Shown: positions 1-9,980, counted from the first letter of the stretch. The stretch: DNA of 64,000 nt from an uncultured Acidobacteriota bacterium (GCA_963822445.1 CAWGHO010000001.1:896001-960000), one strand, 5' to 3'. Made by a program: numbers and translations. The notes: generated by a model not told the origin, from the letters alone.

Positions 1-20
1 GAGATTGCTCTTTCTCACGT

Positions 21-638
21 TCAGTTACCCCCGCCCGGCTTCGCGCCCTCTGCGGGTGCCGGAGTCTGATCTTTTTCTTCGACGTAGACGAACGTCTTGG
101 CCACGAACGTCGATCCGATCGTGCGCAGCTCCTGATTCGGAGAAGCGTTCACGCGGATGTTCTCGACGTTCATGATGCGCGAGAAGTTGCCCAGCCGGTT
201 GAAGAGAATCGCCAGGTCGTGGTAGCGGCCGTCCAGCGCGACTTCGATCGGCCACTCGACGTACGGATCGCTGGCGTTCGCTGTCTTGAGCTCCGGGAAG
301 CTGAGGCGGCGCAGGCCGAAGTCGCCCTGATCGACGAGGGCCTTGACCTTCTTGATGATCTCTTCGGTGTTGCGCGTGGACGGCAGGATACGGCGCAGTT
401 TCTCGAGCTCGAGCTGCAGGCGCTTCACTTCGTCGCGGAACTGCGGGAGCTTCCGCTCGGCAGCGCGGCCCTGCGAGATCTTCTTGTCCAGCTCTTCGAT
501 CTTCGTATCCGCCTCGGCGATCTCCACTTTGATGTTCTTGACGAGCGTGTACTCCACGGCGGCGAGCGCAAGTCCGGCGATGAGAAGGCCGACCAGCAGC
601 CCCACCCACCACGGTTTGTCGTCCAGAGTCAGCGCCAT
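21..638 (-). CDS. pilO: Type IV pilus assembly protein PilO
   Basis: N-terminal TM, coiled coil, LPxxxxxxxI motif, 'GRYHDLAILFNRLGNFSRIMNV' ferredoxin-like motif; downstream of pilM-pilN. Confidence 0.9.
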   Translation of the reverse strand: MALTLDDKPWWVGLLVGLLIAGLALAAVEYTLVKNIKVEIAEADTKIEELDKKISQGRAAERKLPQFRDEVKRLQLELEKLRRILPSTRNTEEIIKKVKALVDQGDFGLRRLSFPELKTANASDPYVEWPIEVALDGRYHDLAILFNRLGNFSRIMNVENIRVNASPNQELRTIGSTFVAKTFVYVEEKDQTPAPAEGAKPGGGN

Positions 639-647
639 CGAAATCTC

Positions 648-1304
648 CTACTGCGTTGCCGTTGCCGTTGTTGTCGTCGTTGCGGTGGAAGTAGCCGCGG
701 GATCGGCAGGGGCTCCCTTCGCCGTGTACGTGAAGGCGAAGTTCATGTCGAACGAATAGACAGGCGGTGTCTGCGACACCTGCGTCAGCGCGCCGACCGT
801 CGGCTCTTCGAAATAGGGATCGTTCTTCACGTTCTCGATGAAGAGGGCGATCGCATTCGGGTTGAGCCCGCGGCCGGCGATGCTCACCCGGCCGCTGTTG
901 ATGGTCATGTTGTCGAGCCAGACCAGGTCGGGCAGGTCGCGGCTGATCTGGTCCATGATCCGGACCGGACCCTTCTGATTCTGTTTGAGCTGATTGATCA
1001 GGTCGATGCGGTTCTGAAGGCTGTCCTTGCGGCGCTGGTAGTCCTCGACCTCGGCGATGATCGACTCGAGCTTCTTCGCCTCGGCCTCGCGCAGCTCGAT
1101 CGTTTCGAGCCGCTCGTCGCGCTCCCGCTTCTGCCAGAACCAGTACCCCAACGCCGCGAGCAGGCCGATGATGGCCAGCGTCACGATGATGACGTTGTTC
1201 AGGTTGGCACCGCCCGAAACTGCCGGGACACCCGCTGCGGTCGCAGGAGCTGCTCCTGCACCACGGACCGCCCGCCCTTCACGCGCCAGATTGATCTTGA
1301 TCAA
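648..1304 (-). CDS. pilN: Type IV pilus assembly protein PilN
   Basis: N-terminal 'MIKINL' PilM-binding motif, TM, coiled coil, 'LPDLVWL' motif; overlaps the pilM stop. Confidence 0.92.
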   Translation of the reverse strand: MIKINLAREGRAVRGAGAAPATAAGVPAVSGGANLNNVIIVTLAIIGLLAALGYWFWQKRERDERLETIELREAEAKKLESIIAEVEDYQRRKDSLQNRIDLINQLKQNQKGPVRIMDQISRDLPDLVWLDNMTINSGRVSIAGRGLNPNAIALFIENVKNDPYFEEPTVGALTQVSQTPPVYSFDMNFAFTYTAKGAPADPAATSTATTTTTATATQ

Positions 1305-2359
1305 GCGTCCCCCAACTTCCGTATGGCAAGCCCGACGGCGATCGCCATGCTCGGCGCCATCTCAGCCAGTTCCTCGGGGTTGAATTGGCTCTCGTCGACG
1401 GTGATTTTTCGGAAGGGGTCCATGATCGCGACCGGAATGCCGAACTTGTCGCGAAGGATCGCGTCCAGGTTCAGCACGCCCGAGCCACCGCCGGCGAGAA
1501 CGATCTCGTCGACGCGGTCGGCACCAGACGTCGCTGTGAAGAAGTCGAGGGTCTTGCGAAGCTCGCCCGCGAAATCCTCGGAGACTGAGTTGAGGATCGG
1601 GATGACCTGCTGGATGGTGTAGTCGGCCACGGGCTTGCCGCGCTTGAGCTCCTCGGCCTGCTCGAAGGAGAGGCTGAGCTCGCGCTGGATGGCGTCGGTG
1701 TACTGATTGCCGCCGAAGGTGATGTCGCGCCAGAACATCGACGTGCCGCCGGAGAGGACGTTCACGTTCGTGACCGAGGCGCCGATGTTGACCAGGGCCA
1801 GGACCTTGCCGTCCTCGACGTCGTAGTTCACCTCGTACGCGTTCTGGAGGGCGAAGGCATCGACGTCGACCAGCACCGGCATCTTCCCCGTCTGGGTGAT
1901 GACCGAGGTGTAGTCGTTGATCTTTTCCTTCTTCACGGCGACCAGGATCACGTCGATGTTGTCGCCGGTTCCGGCGCCGGTCAGCGGGACGTAGTCCAGG
2001 TTTACGTCGTTGATATCAAAGGGGATGTACTGCTCAGCTTCCCACTGAATCGACTCGGCGAGCTCTTCCGGCGACATGGCCGGGAGAGTGATCTTCTTGA
2101 TGATGACCGAGTGACCGGACAGGGAGGTAGCGTAATTGGAATTCTTGACGGCTTGGTCCGTGTTCAGCCGCTGAATCGTATCGACCACCATGGACGAGTC
2201 CATGATGGATCCGTCGACGATGGCCTCGGGCGAGAGCCTTTCGGCACCCAGCTTTACGAGAGAGTACGCTCCGCCCTTCTTCTCCTTCAGCTCGACGAGT
2301 TTTATGGCTGAAGAGCCGATATCAAGGCCGACGACATTTTTGCTCTTTGAGAAGAACAC
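1301..2359 (-). CDS. pilM: Type IV pilus assembly actin-like ATPase PilM
   Basis: 'VGLDIGSSAIK', 'EAEQYIPF', 'VNIGASVT', 'LAGGGS' and 'AVGLA' motifs. Confidence 0.95.
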   Translation of the reverse strand: MFFSKSKNVVGLDIGSSAIKLVELKEKKGGAYSLVKLGAERLSPEAIVDGSIMDSSMVVDTIQRLNTDQAVKNSNYATSLSGHSVIIKKITLPAMSPEELAESIQWEAEQYIPFDINDVNLDYVPLTGAGTGDNIDVILVAVKKEKINDYTSVITQTGKMPVLVDVDAFALQNAYEVNYDVEDGKVLALVNIGASVTNVNVLSGGTSMFWRDITFGGNQYTDAIQRELSLSFEQAEELKRGKPVADYTIQQVIPILNSVSEDFAGELRKTLDFFTATSGADRVDEIVLAGGGSGVLNLDAILRDKFGIPVAIMDPFRKITVDESQFNPEELAEMAPSMAIAVGLAIRKLGDA

Positions 2360-2578
2360 CGCTCACCCCATCCATCTCACCACTTCTCACAGGCACCAGA
2401 TGTAGAAAGGTGCAGCGAAATTACAACGTTTAATTTCACGTGTCAACTCTACAGGATTTGGATAAGTGGCACGGCTACGCGTATTTGCGCGACGTTACGC
2501 GTCGCGATCGCTTGCGCCGATCACCCCGGATGTTTACAATTCACGCCTTTCGCGTTAGTCAGTTGAGGGAGTCAAACC

Positions 2579-2773
2579 ATGGCCAAGATGTGTGAAGTCT
2601 GCGGCAAGGCGCCTGTGTTCGGTAACCGGGTCAGCCATGCGCACAATGTTTCCAGCCGTCGCTGGATGCCGAACCTGCAGAAGGTTCGCGTCCTGATCGG
2701 CTCGTCCGTGAAACGGATGAACGTCTGCACCCGCTGCATCCGCACGGGCGCGATCAAGAAGGCGGCGCGTTAG
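2579..2773 (+). CDS. rpmB: 50S ribosomal protein L28 (zinc-binding CxxC...CxxC form)
   Basis: 'CEVCGK..FGNRVSHAHN..RRW.PNLQ...CTRC'; GAGGGAG RBS. Confidence 0.97.
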   Translation: MAKMCEVCGKAPVFGNRVSHAHNVSSRRWMPNLQKVRVLIGSSVKRMNVCTRCIRTGAIKKAAR

Positions 2774-2824
2774 TTCGCGCCGTCTTCACCACCCTTCCTA
2801 CCTCCACCGCACACCCCTACTTCC

Positions 2825-3015
2825 AGTTCATCCCGCGCGAAGACGCGGGATCTCTGCGTGCACCGGCAGTGCTCGGGCCGTGGGCGGTCGCTCGTGCACC
2901 GGGACTTAGTTCATCCCGCGCGCAGACACGGGATCTCCCCGTGCACTGGCAGCTCAGGAGCCGCGCTCTGTCGCTCGTGCATCGGGAGATCCCGCGTCTG
3001 CGCGCGGGATAAACT
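2825..3015. repeat. REP/REPIN-like palindromic element with three copies of a 28 bp unit AGTT(C/T)ATCCCGCGCGCAGACGCGGGATC
   Basis: Direct copies at 2825-2852 and 2908-2935, inverted copy at 2988-3015; each unit is itself a hairpin; same unit occurs at 15222-15327. Confidence 0.85.
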
Positions 3016-3880
3016 TCAGGACCTCCCGCGCACACCCCCAGGAAACGGTAAAGCCGGCTCCGCCGTGGCCGTAGTTGTGGACGATCGTCCGCCCCTCGAA
3101 GGCGGCGAGCTCGAGCCGCACGGCGTGCCGCACCGGCCGGATTCCCCGGCGCACCGCGCGGACTTTCCCTGAGATCTCCGGCACGGCCGCGCGGCATCGG
3201 GCGAGGATCGCCGCGACTTCCGATTCTGGTGGCGCGACGGGCCGGTCGTAGCCGCCGAGGATGCAGTCGTCGGTTCGGGGGATGACGTACATCAGCGACT
3301 CCGGATCACGCGCCGCGGCGATGGCCCGGTCGATCGGCGGTCGCGCCGTGACGAGGGAGATGCCGTAGCCGGGATGCAGCTCCTCGTCGCCGAAAAGATC
3401 CCGAGCGCCGAAGCCGGTGCAGTTCACGATCAGGTCGCCGTCGAGGCCGGCGATGTCCTGCTGACCGACTTCGCGGATCTCAACCCTCCCTCCCGCCCGC
3501 TCGAATCGCGACCGAAGGTACGGCAGGTACCGCGAAGTGTCGGCCAGCGGAACGCGGGCGCGAAACCCGCCCTCGATCGGACGGCACTCGCCGGCGATGC
3601 ACCGCGGAGGATCTTCGTCGAAGACGTCGAAGTCGATCAGGGACACGCCGGTGCCGGGTTGCTTCGCGAGGCCGGTGAGCACGTCGCGCGTCTCGAGCGC
3701 CCACGCATCCACGTGCTCGGATGCGACGTGATACGGCAACCAGATCGCCGCCGCGGCATGGGAGGTCGTATCCGTGACTTCGGCGGCCAAGATCGTGACC
3801 TCGTGACCCGCTTCGGCGAGGACGATGCCGCTCGTCAGCCCGGAAACGCCGGCGCCGAGGACGGTGATGCGCTCAGGCAC
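2954..3880 (-). CDS. FAD-dependent D-amino acid oxidase family protein
   Basis: GAGVSG Rossmann motif, 'IVNCTGFGAR', 'GIRP', 'HNYGHGGAGFTVSWGCA' DAO signature. Confidence 0.9.
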   Translation of the reverse strand: MPERITVLGAGVSGLTSGIVLAEAGHEVTILAAEVTDTTSHAAAAIWLPYHVASEHVDAWALETRDVLTGLAKQPGTGVSLIDFDVFDEDPPRCIAGECRPIEGGFRARVPLADTSRYLPYLRSRFERAGGRVEIREVGQQDIAGLDGDLIVNCTGFGARDLFGDEELHPGYGISLVTARPPIDRAIAAARDPESLMYVIPRTDDCILGGYDRPVAPPESEVAAILARCRAAVPEISGKVRAVRRGIRPVRHAVRLELAAFEGRTIVHNYGHGGAGFTVSWGCAREVLKFIPRADAGSPDARATERGS

Positions 3881-4256
3881 GGCGCGGCCGCAGCGACCGC
3901 GCGACCAACCCGATCCCGCCGGTCAGCAGCACGAGCATCAGGATCGTGTTGAACAGGCTCGTCGGGCGGAAGTAGATGTCGAGGTGCATGAGGATCCCGA
4001 CGAAGACGATCACCGCACCGGCAATGGTCAGCACCCAGCCGATGACCGAGCTCCCATCGAAGAAGAGAAAGCCGATGCCGATGATCAGCGGGAGGAGCGT
4101 GAGACCGAAGGCGTTGTAGCCCCAGAGATGCCAGAAGCCGCTGGTGACCGTCACCTGAGTGGTGAGCAGGTACCCGCCGGCGATGGCCATGACGAAACCG
4201 GCCAGGAATGTCCCCACCCCGCCTTCGGTGCCGCCTGCTCCCTGGAAGTTGCTCAT
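3873..4256 (-). CDS. Small four-TM membrane protein of unknown function
   Basis: MSNFQGAGGTEGG start overlaps the rel stop; four hydrophobic segments; C-terminal part of the 3873..5054 ORF. Confidence 0.8.
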   Translation of the reverse strand: MSNFQGAGGTEGGVGTFLAGFVMAIAGGYLLTTQVTVTSGFWHLWGYNAFGLTLLPLIIGIGFLFFDGSSVIGWVLTIAGAVIVFVGILMHLDIYFRPTSLFNTILMLVLLTGGIGLVARSLRPRRA

Positions 4257-6418
4257 GCGGTCGCGTGCCTGATGTTGTACTTCCGGTCGACCTTGATCAC
4301 GCCTTCGAGCCCGGCGAGAGAGCGCGTCACGCGCTCGAGGTGCTTGAGATCGGCGATCTCCAGCACCAGTTCGACGGTGGCCCGGCCGTCGCTGCTGCGG
4401 GTCTCCATCTGCCGGATGTTCGTCTTCATGTTCGAGATCGTGGAGATGACCCGGGCCAGAATGCCCTGGCGGTCTTCCATGAGGATCTCCAGCTCGACGG
4501 AGAACTGCGCCTGCCGCTCCCCGGCCCACTCCACGCCGATCTGCCGGTCGTCGTTGAACATGAGGTTCTTCACGTTCGGACAGTTCGCGCTGTGCACGGC
4601 CACCCCTTTGCCGCGGGTGACGTAACCGACGATCGGCTCGCCCGGCAGCGGCGTGCAGCACTTGGCGAGGTACGTGAGCAGGTCGTCGTAGCCTTTGACT
4701 TTGATCGTCGCCGCGGATGAGGAAAACGGAAAGATCTTCCGAACGGCCTGCTCGATGACTCCCGGCTGCGCCGGCGCGGCCCCCTCGGTGACGAAGCGCT
4801 CCACGATCGACCGCGCGGCGATCTTGCCGTAGCCGACGTCCGCGTAAAGATCGTCGAGACGCGGCAACCCATGCTCGGAGAGCACGCCGTCGAGCGCGTT
4901 CTCGGCGACCAGCTTCCGCCACTGCACCTTGTACTTCTTGGCCTCCCGCTCGATCAGCTTCCGTCCCAGCTCGATCGAACGGTGTTTCTGCTCGATGTTC
5001 AGCCAGTGCCGGATCTTGTGCTTCGCGCGCGAGGTCACGACCATGTTCAGCCACTCGCGGCTGGGCGTCTGGTTCGTGCCGGTCATGATCTCGACGATGT
5101 CGCCGTTCTTGAGCGCCGTGCGCAGCGGCACGAGCTTCCCGTTCACGCGCGCGCCGATGCAGTGATGACCGACGTCGGTGTGGATGCGATACGCGAAGTC
5201 GAGCGGTGACGCGCCGCGAGGAAACGCGAAGACGTCGCCTTTCGGCGTGAAGGTGTAGACCTCATCGGGGTAGAGATCGACCTTCAGCGTGTCCAGGAAG
5301 ACGCGCGGGTCCTTGATCTCGTGCTGCCACTCCACGACCTGCCGCAGCCAGAGGAAGCTCGCGTCATCGGCCTGCGCCCCGACCCGCCCTTCCTTGTACT
5401 TCCAGTGCGCGGCGATGCCCTGCTCGGCGATCAGATCCATCTCCCGCGTCCGGATCTGCACTTCGAACGGCTGGCCTTTCTCGGCGACCACGGTCGTGTG
5501 CAGGGACTGGTAGAAGTTCGGCTTGGGCATGGCGATGTAGTCCTTGATCCGGCCGGGAACCGGTCGCCACATCTGATGAATGATGCCGAGGGCCGCGTAC
5601 GTGTCTTTGATGGTGGGGGTGATGATGCGGAAGGCCAGGTAGTCGTAGAGCTGGCCGATGTCGATGTCCTGGCGGCGCAGCTTCCCCCAGATCGAGTACA
5701 TCGACTTCACCCGGCCGTACACGTCCCCTTCGATGTCGTTCTCTTTCAGCTTCTGGTCGAGCGTTTCCTTGATGCGCTCGACGACCGCGCCGGACACCGC
5801 CATCTTCTCGTTGACCGCTTTCTGCAGTTCCTCGTGCTCGCGCGCGTGAAGAAAGCGGAAGGAGAGATCCTCGAGCTCGGACTTGATCTGCCCCATGCCC
5901 AGGCGGTTGGCGATGGGCGCGTAGATCTCCATCGTCTCTTTCGCCACAGCCAGCCGCTTCTCCTCGGGGAGAAACTGCAAAGTACGCATGTTGTGCAGCC
6001 GGTCCGCGAGCTTGACCAGCACCACCCGCAGGTCGGAGACCATGGCCAGGAGCATCTTGCGGAAGGTCTCGGCCTGCTGCTCTTCCTTCGAGACGTACGC
6101 GTACCGCGAGATCTTCGTGACGCCGTCGACGAGTTCCGCGACCGAGTCGCCGAAGATCTCCTGCAGGGTCTCTTTGGTGGTGAGCGTGTCCTCGAGCACG
6201 TCGTGCAGCAGCCCGACGGCGATGGAGGTTTCGTCGAGCCGCATGTCCGCCAGGATGTAGGCGACGTTGATCGGATGAACGAGGTAGGGCTCCCCCGAGG
6301 ACCGGATCTGCCCACGATGCTCGCGCGCCGAGAAGATGTACGCCTTCTGCAGCAACTCCTCATCGAATCCCGGTTTGTAGGATTCGACTTTGTCGAGGAT
6401 GTCTTCGAAGCGGATCAT
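4253..6418 (-). CDS. rel: Bifunctional (p)ppGpp synthetase/hydrolase, RelA/SpoT homologue
   Basis: Intact HD hydrolase ('GLLHDVLED'), synthetase ('GRVKS', 'YQSLHT', 'EVQIRT'), TGS, CC zinc finger and ACT domains. Confidence 0.97.
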   Translation of the reverse strand: MIRFEDILDKVESYKPGFDEELLQKAYIFSAREHRGQIRSSGEPYLVHPINVAYILADMRLDETSIAVGLLHDVLEDTLTTKETLQEIFGDSVAELVDGVTKISRYAYVSKEEQQAETFRKMLLAMVSDLRVVLVKLADRLHNMRTLQFLPEEKRLAVAKETMEIYAPIANRLGMGQIKSELEDLSFRFLHAREHEELQKAVNEKMAVSGAVVERIKETLDQKLKENDIEGDVYGRVKSMYSIWGKLRRQDIDIGQLYDYLAFRIITPTIKDTYAALGIIHQMWRPVPGRIKDYIAMPKPNFYQSLHTTVVAEKGQPFEVQIRTREMDLIAEQGIAAHWKYKEGRVGAQADDASFLWLRQVVEWQHEIKDPRVFLDTLKVDLYPDEVYTFTPKGDVFAFPRGASPLDFAYRIHTDVGHHCIGARVNGKLVPLRTALKNGDIVEIMTGTNQTPSREWLNMVVTSRAKHKIRHWLNIEQKHRSIELGRKLIEREAKKYKVQWRKLVAENALDGVLSEHGLPRLDDLYADVGYGKIAARSIVERFVTEGAAPAQPGVIEQAVRKIFPFSSSAATIKVKGYDDLLTYLAKCCTPLPGEPIVGYVTRGKGVAVHSANCPNVKNLMFNDDRQIGVEWAGERQAQFSVELEILMEDRQGILARVISTISNMKTNIRQMETRSSDGRATVELVLEIADLKHLERVTRSLAGLEGVIKVDRKYNIRHATA

Positions 6419-6445
6419 CGGAACACGTGAGTATAACTAGACGAT

Positions 6446-6517
6446 GGTTGCCGGGTTGCTGGCGCTGAGTCGCTGGGTCCCCCCGGCAACCCAGCAACCC
6501 AGCAACCCAGCAACCCG
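6446..6517. repeat. Inverted tandem octamer array (CAGCAACC)n
   Basis: GGTTGC.G units followed by about four C(A/G)GCAACC units; same family at 10507 and 18859. Confidence 0.8.
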
Positions 6518-6539
6518 GGTGGTGGAAGGACGAGGGTAT

Positions 6540-8573
6540 CTACTTCATAGCCTCCTGAAGCTGCTCGACGTGGCGGCGATCGATGATGACGCCGCTCGCC
6601 GGAGGGAGCACGCCGGCGTAGGCGAACGTCGGCCGCCCGAGGACAGGAAGCGCCTCGTTCAGGGCGTCGACGATCTCCGTGAAATACGACGCCAGAATGA
6701 CGCCGGTGGCGGCGGGGTAGCTCGAGTCCGGCTCCGTGTTGATGGCAAACTTCCGCCAGGCGTCAGCGGCCTGCTGCAATTCGCCGACGTAGATTCCGGC
6801 GATGTACGGCTGAGTGCCGCTCGCCGGGATCGCCGTAAACGGCCGCGTGACGGCGTAGTCGTACGCGCCCGCGGAGAGCGCCGATCCGTTCTTCGTGACG
6901 ATCTCGTACCGGTAGAGCGTTCCGGCGGCGGGTGCCGCGTGGTCGAAGCTCGTCTCCGTCACCGCGAGGTCGTCCTTGGCAATCGTCCACGAACCATCCT
7001 TCTGGGTCTGGAATCGGATCAGGTACTTCGTGCCCGCCGGCATTGAAGGTGGCGCGATCCAGCTCAGGTGGACCGTGGAGAGACTCGTGCCGGTGGCAAC
7101 AAATCCGGTCGGCGGACCAAGCGGTTGCATCTGATTCATGGCGTGGTCGACCCTGAGGCGCGGCTTCGTCACGTTACCTCCGTCGCGGCTGTCGGTGACC
7201 GGATAGGGAGACGCGATGAGCGCGCTTCGGATGTCCGCGATCGACGCCAACGGCGTCTTCTCGCGCAGAAGTGCGATTGCGCCGGCCACGTGAGGTGCTG
7301 CCATCGAGGTGCCGTAATCGTCGCCATACAAGGCGCAGGTCGGACACCCTCGATTCAACGACGTTTCGATTCCGTTGCCCGATCCGGACGCGCCGCCCGG
7401 CGCGAACAGATCCATGAAATCAGCGACGTTCGCGTAATCGGGCACCGCATACGAGTCGGTCACTGCCGATACGGCGATGACGTCAGCGAAGCAGGCTGGC
7501 GCGGTCATGTGTGTCCGTGACTCGTTGTTCCCTGTTGCAGCGACGACTGGGATGTCTTTGGACACCACATTGGCCACGGCGTTACGGAACATTTGCACGC
7601 CGCTATCGCACCCCGCCCTCGACGGCCACAGGCCGAAGCCGACGCTGAGATTGACCGCGGCGATGCTTCGGCCGTGAGCCGCCCAGAGGCGCGACGCAAC
7701 GTCGTCGAGCGCATTGATCACGCTCGACTTGAGCACCGAGGTGTCACAGATCGTCGGGCCGCACTTCTTGCTCGCGACCTGGATCGGAATGATGTTCGCC
7801 GCCGGAGCGACCCCGGTAACCCCGGTCCTGCTTCCGGCCACGACTCCGGCAACGCGCGTTCCGTGATTGCAGGGGTTTCTCGGATCGGTCATGTCGCCGA
7901 AAGTGCAGGGCGCGCCCGCTCCGGGAGCGACTTCCCGCTGGGTGCCGTTCGGGCAGACCGACGTGTAGGTGCCGGTGAGATCGTTGATTCCTGAGACCTT
8001 GTCTCCCGAGAAGCAGGCCCCCTCGTCGGACAGAACGCGGCTCGGAGAGCCGAAGAAAGGATGGCCGTGATCGACGCCGCCATCGATGACCACCACGATC
8101 TGCCCACTCCCCCTGTAGCCGACCGGTTGGCCGTCATGCACCGCGTTCGCGCCGATGGCCCCGACCGACACCCCGAGCGTGAATTCGCCTTCGACGTCTT
8201 CCTCGACGCTCTCGATCCGCTCGTCGTCGAGGAGCTGCCGGAGCGCGGCCTCATTCACTTCCGCCACGAATCCTGGCAGGGTCACGAACTGCCACCCCGG
8301 CACCGCACGCATCTTCGGATGCGCGCGGATCACAGCATCGACTTTGGCCTTGCCGCGGTTTCGCTGCACGGCCACGTCGTGCGCGCGCAGCTTTCCTTCG
8401 GGCTGCCACGCGTCGTCGCGAACGCCGACGATCACGCGCACCGACTTCTCCTTCTTGGCCACCTCGATCAGGCGGGCCGCAGGAGTTCCCTTCAGCGGCG
8501 TGTCACGCGCGAACAGCGGAAGGGTCAATGCACAAATACATGAAAGGAGGAGGAACGACCGAGCGAGTCGCAT
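6540..8573 (-). CDS. Secreted S8 subtilisin-like serine peptidase with I9-like prodomain and FN3-like domain
   Basis: Signal peptide; catalytic D ('VIDGGV'), H ('HGTRVAG'), N ('ATGN'), S ('GTSMAAPHVAG'); FN3-like 'LSWIAP...YEI'. Confidence 0.93.
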   Translation of the reverse strand: MRLARSFLLLSCICALTLPLFARDTPLKGTPAARLIEVAKKEKSVRVIVGVRDDAWQPEGKLRAHDVAVQRNRGKAKVDAVIRAHPKMRAVPGWQFVTLPGFVAEVNEAALRQLLDDERIESVEEDVEGEFTLGVSVGAIGANAVHDGQPVGYRGSGQIVVVIDGGVDHGHPFFGSPSRVLSDEGACFSGDKVSGINDLTGTYTSVCPNGTQREVAPGAGAPCTFGDMTDPRNPCNHGTRVAGVVAGSRTGVTGVAPAANIIPIQVASKKCGPTICDTSVLKSSVINALDDVASRLWAAHGRSIAAVNLSVGFGLWPSRAGCDSGVQMFRNAVANVVSKDIPVVAATGNNESRTHMTAPACFADVIAVSAVTDSYAVPDYANVADFMDLFAPGGASGSGNGIETSLNRGCPTCALYGDDYGTSMAAPHVAGAIALLREKTPLASIADIRSALIASPYPVTDSRDGGNVTKPRLRVDHAMNQMQPLGPPTGFVATGTSLSTVHLSWIAPPSMPAGTKYLIRFQTQKDGSWTIAKDDLAVTETSFDHAAPAAGTLYRYEIVTKNGSALSAGAYDYAVTRPFTAIPASGTQPYIAGIYVGELQQAADAWRKFAINTEPDSSYPAATGVILASYFTEIVDALNEALPVLGRPTFAYAGVLPPASGVIIDRRHVEQLQEAMK

Positions 8574-8591
8574 GGCGGCTGTCCCTCTTTC

Positions 8592-9839
8592 CTACTGCAG
8601 GCTCAGAAGAACGAGAATCTCGCCGTCACCGCCGGCAAGGTCTTCGAGGGCCTTGCCGATGATCGTGCCGGGACGGTGAATCTCTGCGCCGTCGATGACG
8701 AGCGGCCGCGACTTCATCGCCACGCCGGGCTTGCCGCTGGTGACCAGGAGGTCCCCGATGCGAATCGGCGCCCCCTCGGCCGTGACCTTCACTTTCACCC
8801 GGCCGGTGGTGGCGATCTGCGATTTGCCGGCGCCCTCCACGCCGAGGACGATGCCCGGTTGCGCGGAGACCACTCCGGCCACGGACGAGTCATAGACGCC
8901 GTTCGAAGGCTCGACCACATTCGAGGCATTGCGATTCAGGCGGACCACCGTTCCGGCGGCCATCGGCGTCGTCGCCGGTACCCATTCGGCGATGTCCTGG
9001 AAGGTGGCGTTGATCACCGTCACGCCGGTGATGCTGCCCTTCACGTCCACGTTGCCGTGGACGGTGAGCTTCAATCCCGTCTCGTTGGTGCTGCCGATCG
9101 TCACGGCGCTGGTGGCCCGGGCGATGGTCATGGCGGTCTTGTTCAGCGTCGTGCCGTTGTAGTTGGTGCGCACCCGCAGCATGTCGGTGGGGGCGTCGTA
9201 ATCGAAACCGGCATACGGAACGGAGTTGCTGGGATGGGCAAAGGCGATCGCGCCGCCCTGAATGGTCAGCTTGTCGCTCGGGCTGAGCGTGCCGATGCCG
9301 ACGTTGCCGGTCTCGCGCTTCATGACCAGCCAGACCCGGTTGTGGACCGATGCCCCGACGTTGGCGCGCAGCCGGAGCCCGTCGACGGTGGGGTCGTAGT
9401 CGAATCCGACGTAAGGGTACGGATTCGTGGGGTGGTTGAAGGAGATCCCGCCGCCCTGGATGGTCAGCCGGTCGCTGGCCGACGTCGCGCCGATGCCGAG
9501 GTTGCCGTTCGCGGTGATGCGCATCGCCTCGATGCCGCTCGTGCCGAAGCGCATGTAACCGCTCTCGAAGTTCCAGAGCTCGACATCCGCGCCCGTCGAA
9601 GTGAGTCCCAGGCGGCAGCCGTCGCCGGCGCCCGATCCCGTCGTCGGATGGGTGAGCGTGAGAAACGGCGTGTTGTGGTGCACGTGCAGCCGCGTCGCCG
9701 GCGCGGAGGTGCCGATGCCGACGGCTCGGGACGTCCAGACGACATCTGAAGTGGAATCGTCCCAGGTCTGAGCCTGGAGAGACGACGGAGCAAAGAAAAG
9801 TGAGACGACCAGCGCGGACAGCAAGACAGTCCTGTTCAT
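8592..9839 (-). CDS. Secreted beta-repeat protein with GNVGIGT repeats and a tail-fibre/intramolecular-chaperone-like C-terminus
   Basis: Signal peptide from the ATG at 9839; repeats VGIGT/GNLGIG/GNVGIGT; C-terminal 'DIAEW...AGVVS...GRVKVKV...IGDLLVTS...GTIIGKAL'. Confidence 0.7.
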   Translation of the reverse strand: MNRTVLLSALVVSLFFAPSSLQAQTWDDSTSDVVWTSRAVGIGTSAPATRLHVHHNTPFLTLTHPTTGSGAGDGCRLGLTSTGADVELWNFESGYMRFGTSGIEAMRITANGNLGIGATSASDRLTIQGGGISFNHPTNPYPYVGFDYDPTVDGLRLRANVGASVHNRVWLVMKRETGNVGIGTLSPSDKLTIQGGAIAFAHPSNSVPYAGFDYDAPTDMLRVRTNYNGTTLNKTAMTIARATSAVTIGSTNETGLKLTVHGNVDVKGSITGVTVINATFQDIAEWVPATTPMAAGTVVRLNRNASNVVEPSNGVYDSSVAGVVSAQPGIVLGVEGAGKSQIATTGRVKVKVTAEGAPIRIGDLLVTSGKPGVAMKSRPLVIDGAEIHRPGTIIGKALEDLAGGDGEILVLLSLQ

Positions 9840-9980
9840 AGACAAGTTCCTTTCGAGATACACCTGAATTTTCGGGTTGATTTACGGATGTTGGACGATG
9901 GACGGCGGCCCGGAAGAAACCGATCGACGGCCGCGGCGCCCATCAAGGATACACGCCGCGCGGCACTTGCTTCCCCGGCT

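Noticed and set aside
2825-3015. CRISPR array (the 28-bp hairpin unit ending GGGATAAAC resembles type I-E repeats)
   Set aside because: The third copy is inverted, the spacers are about 55 bp and related to each other, the unit recurs as an isolated inverted pair at 15222, and there are no cas genes. It fits REP/REPIN instead.
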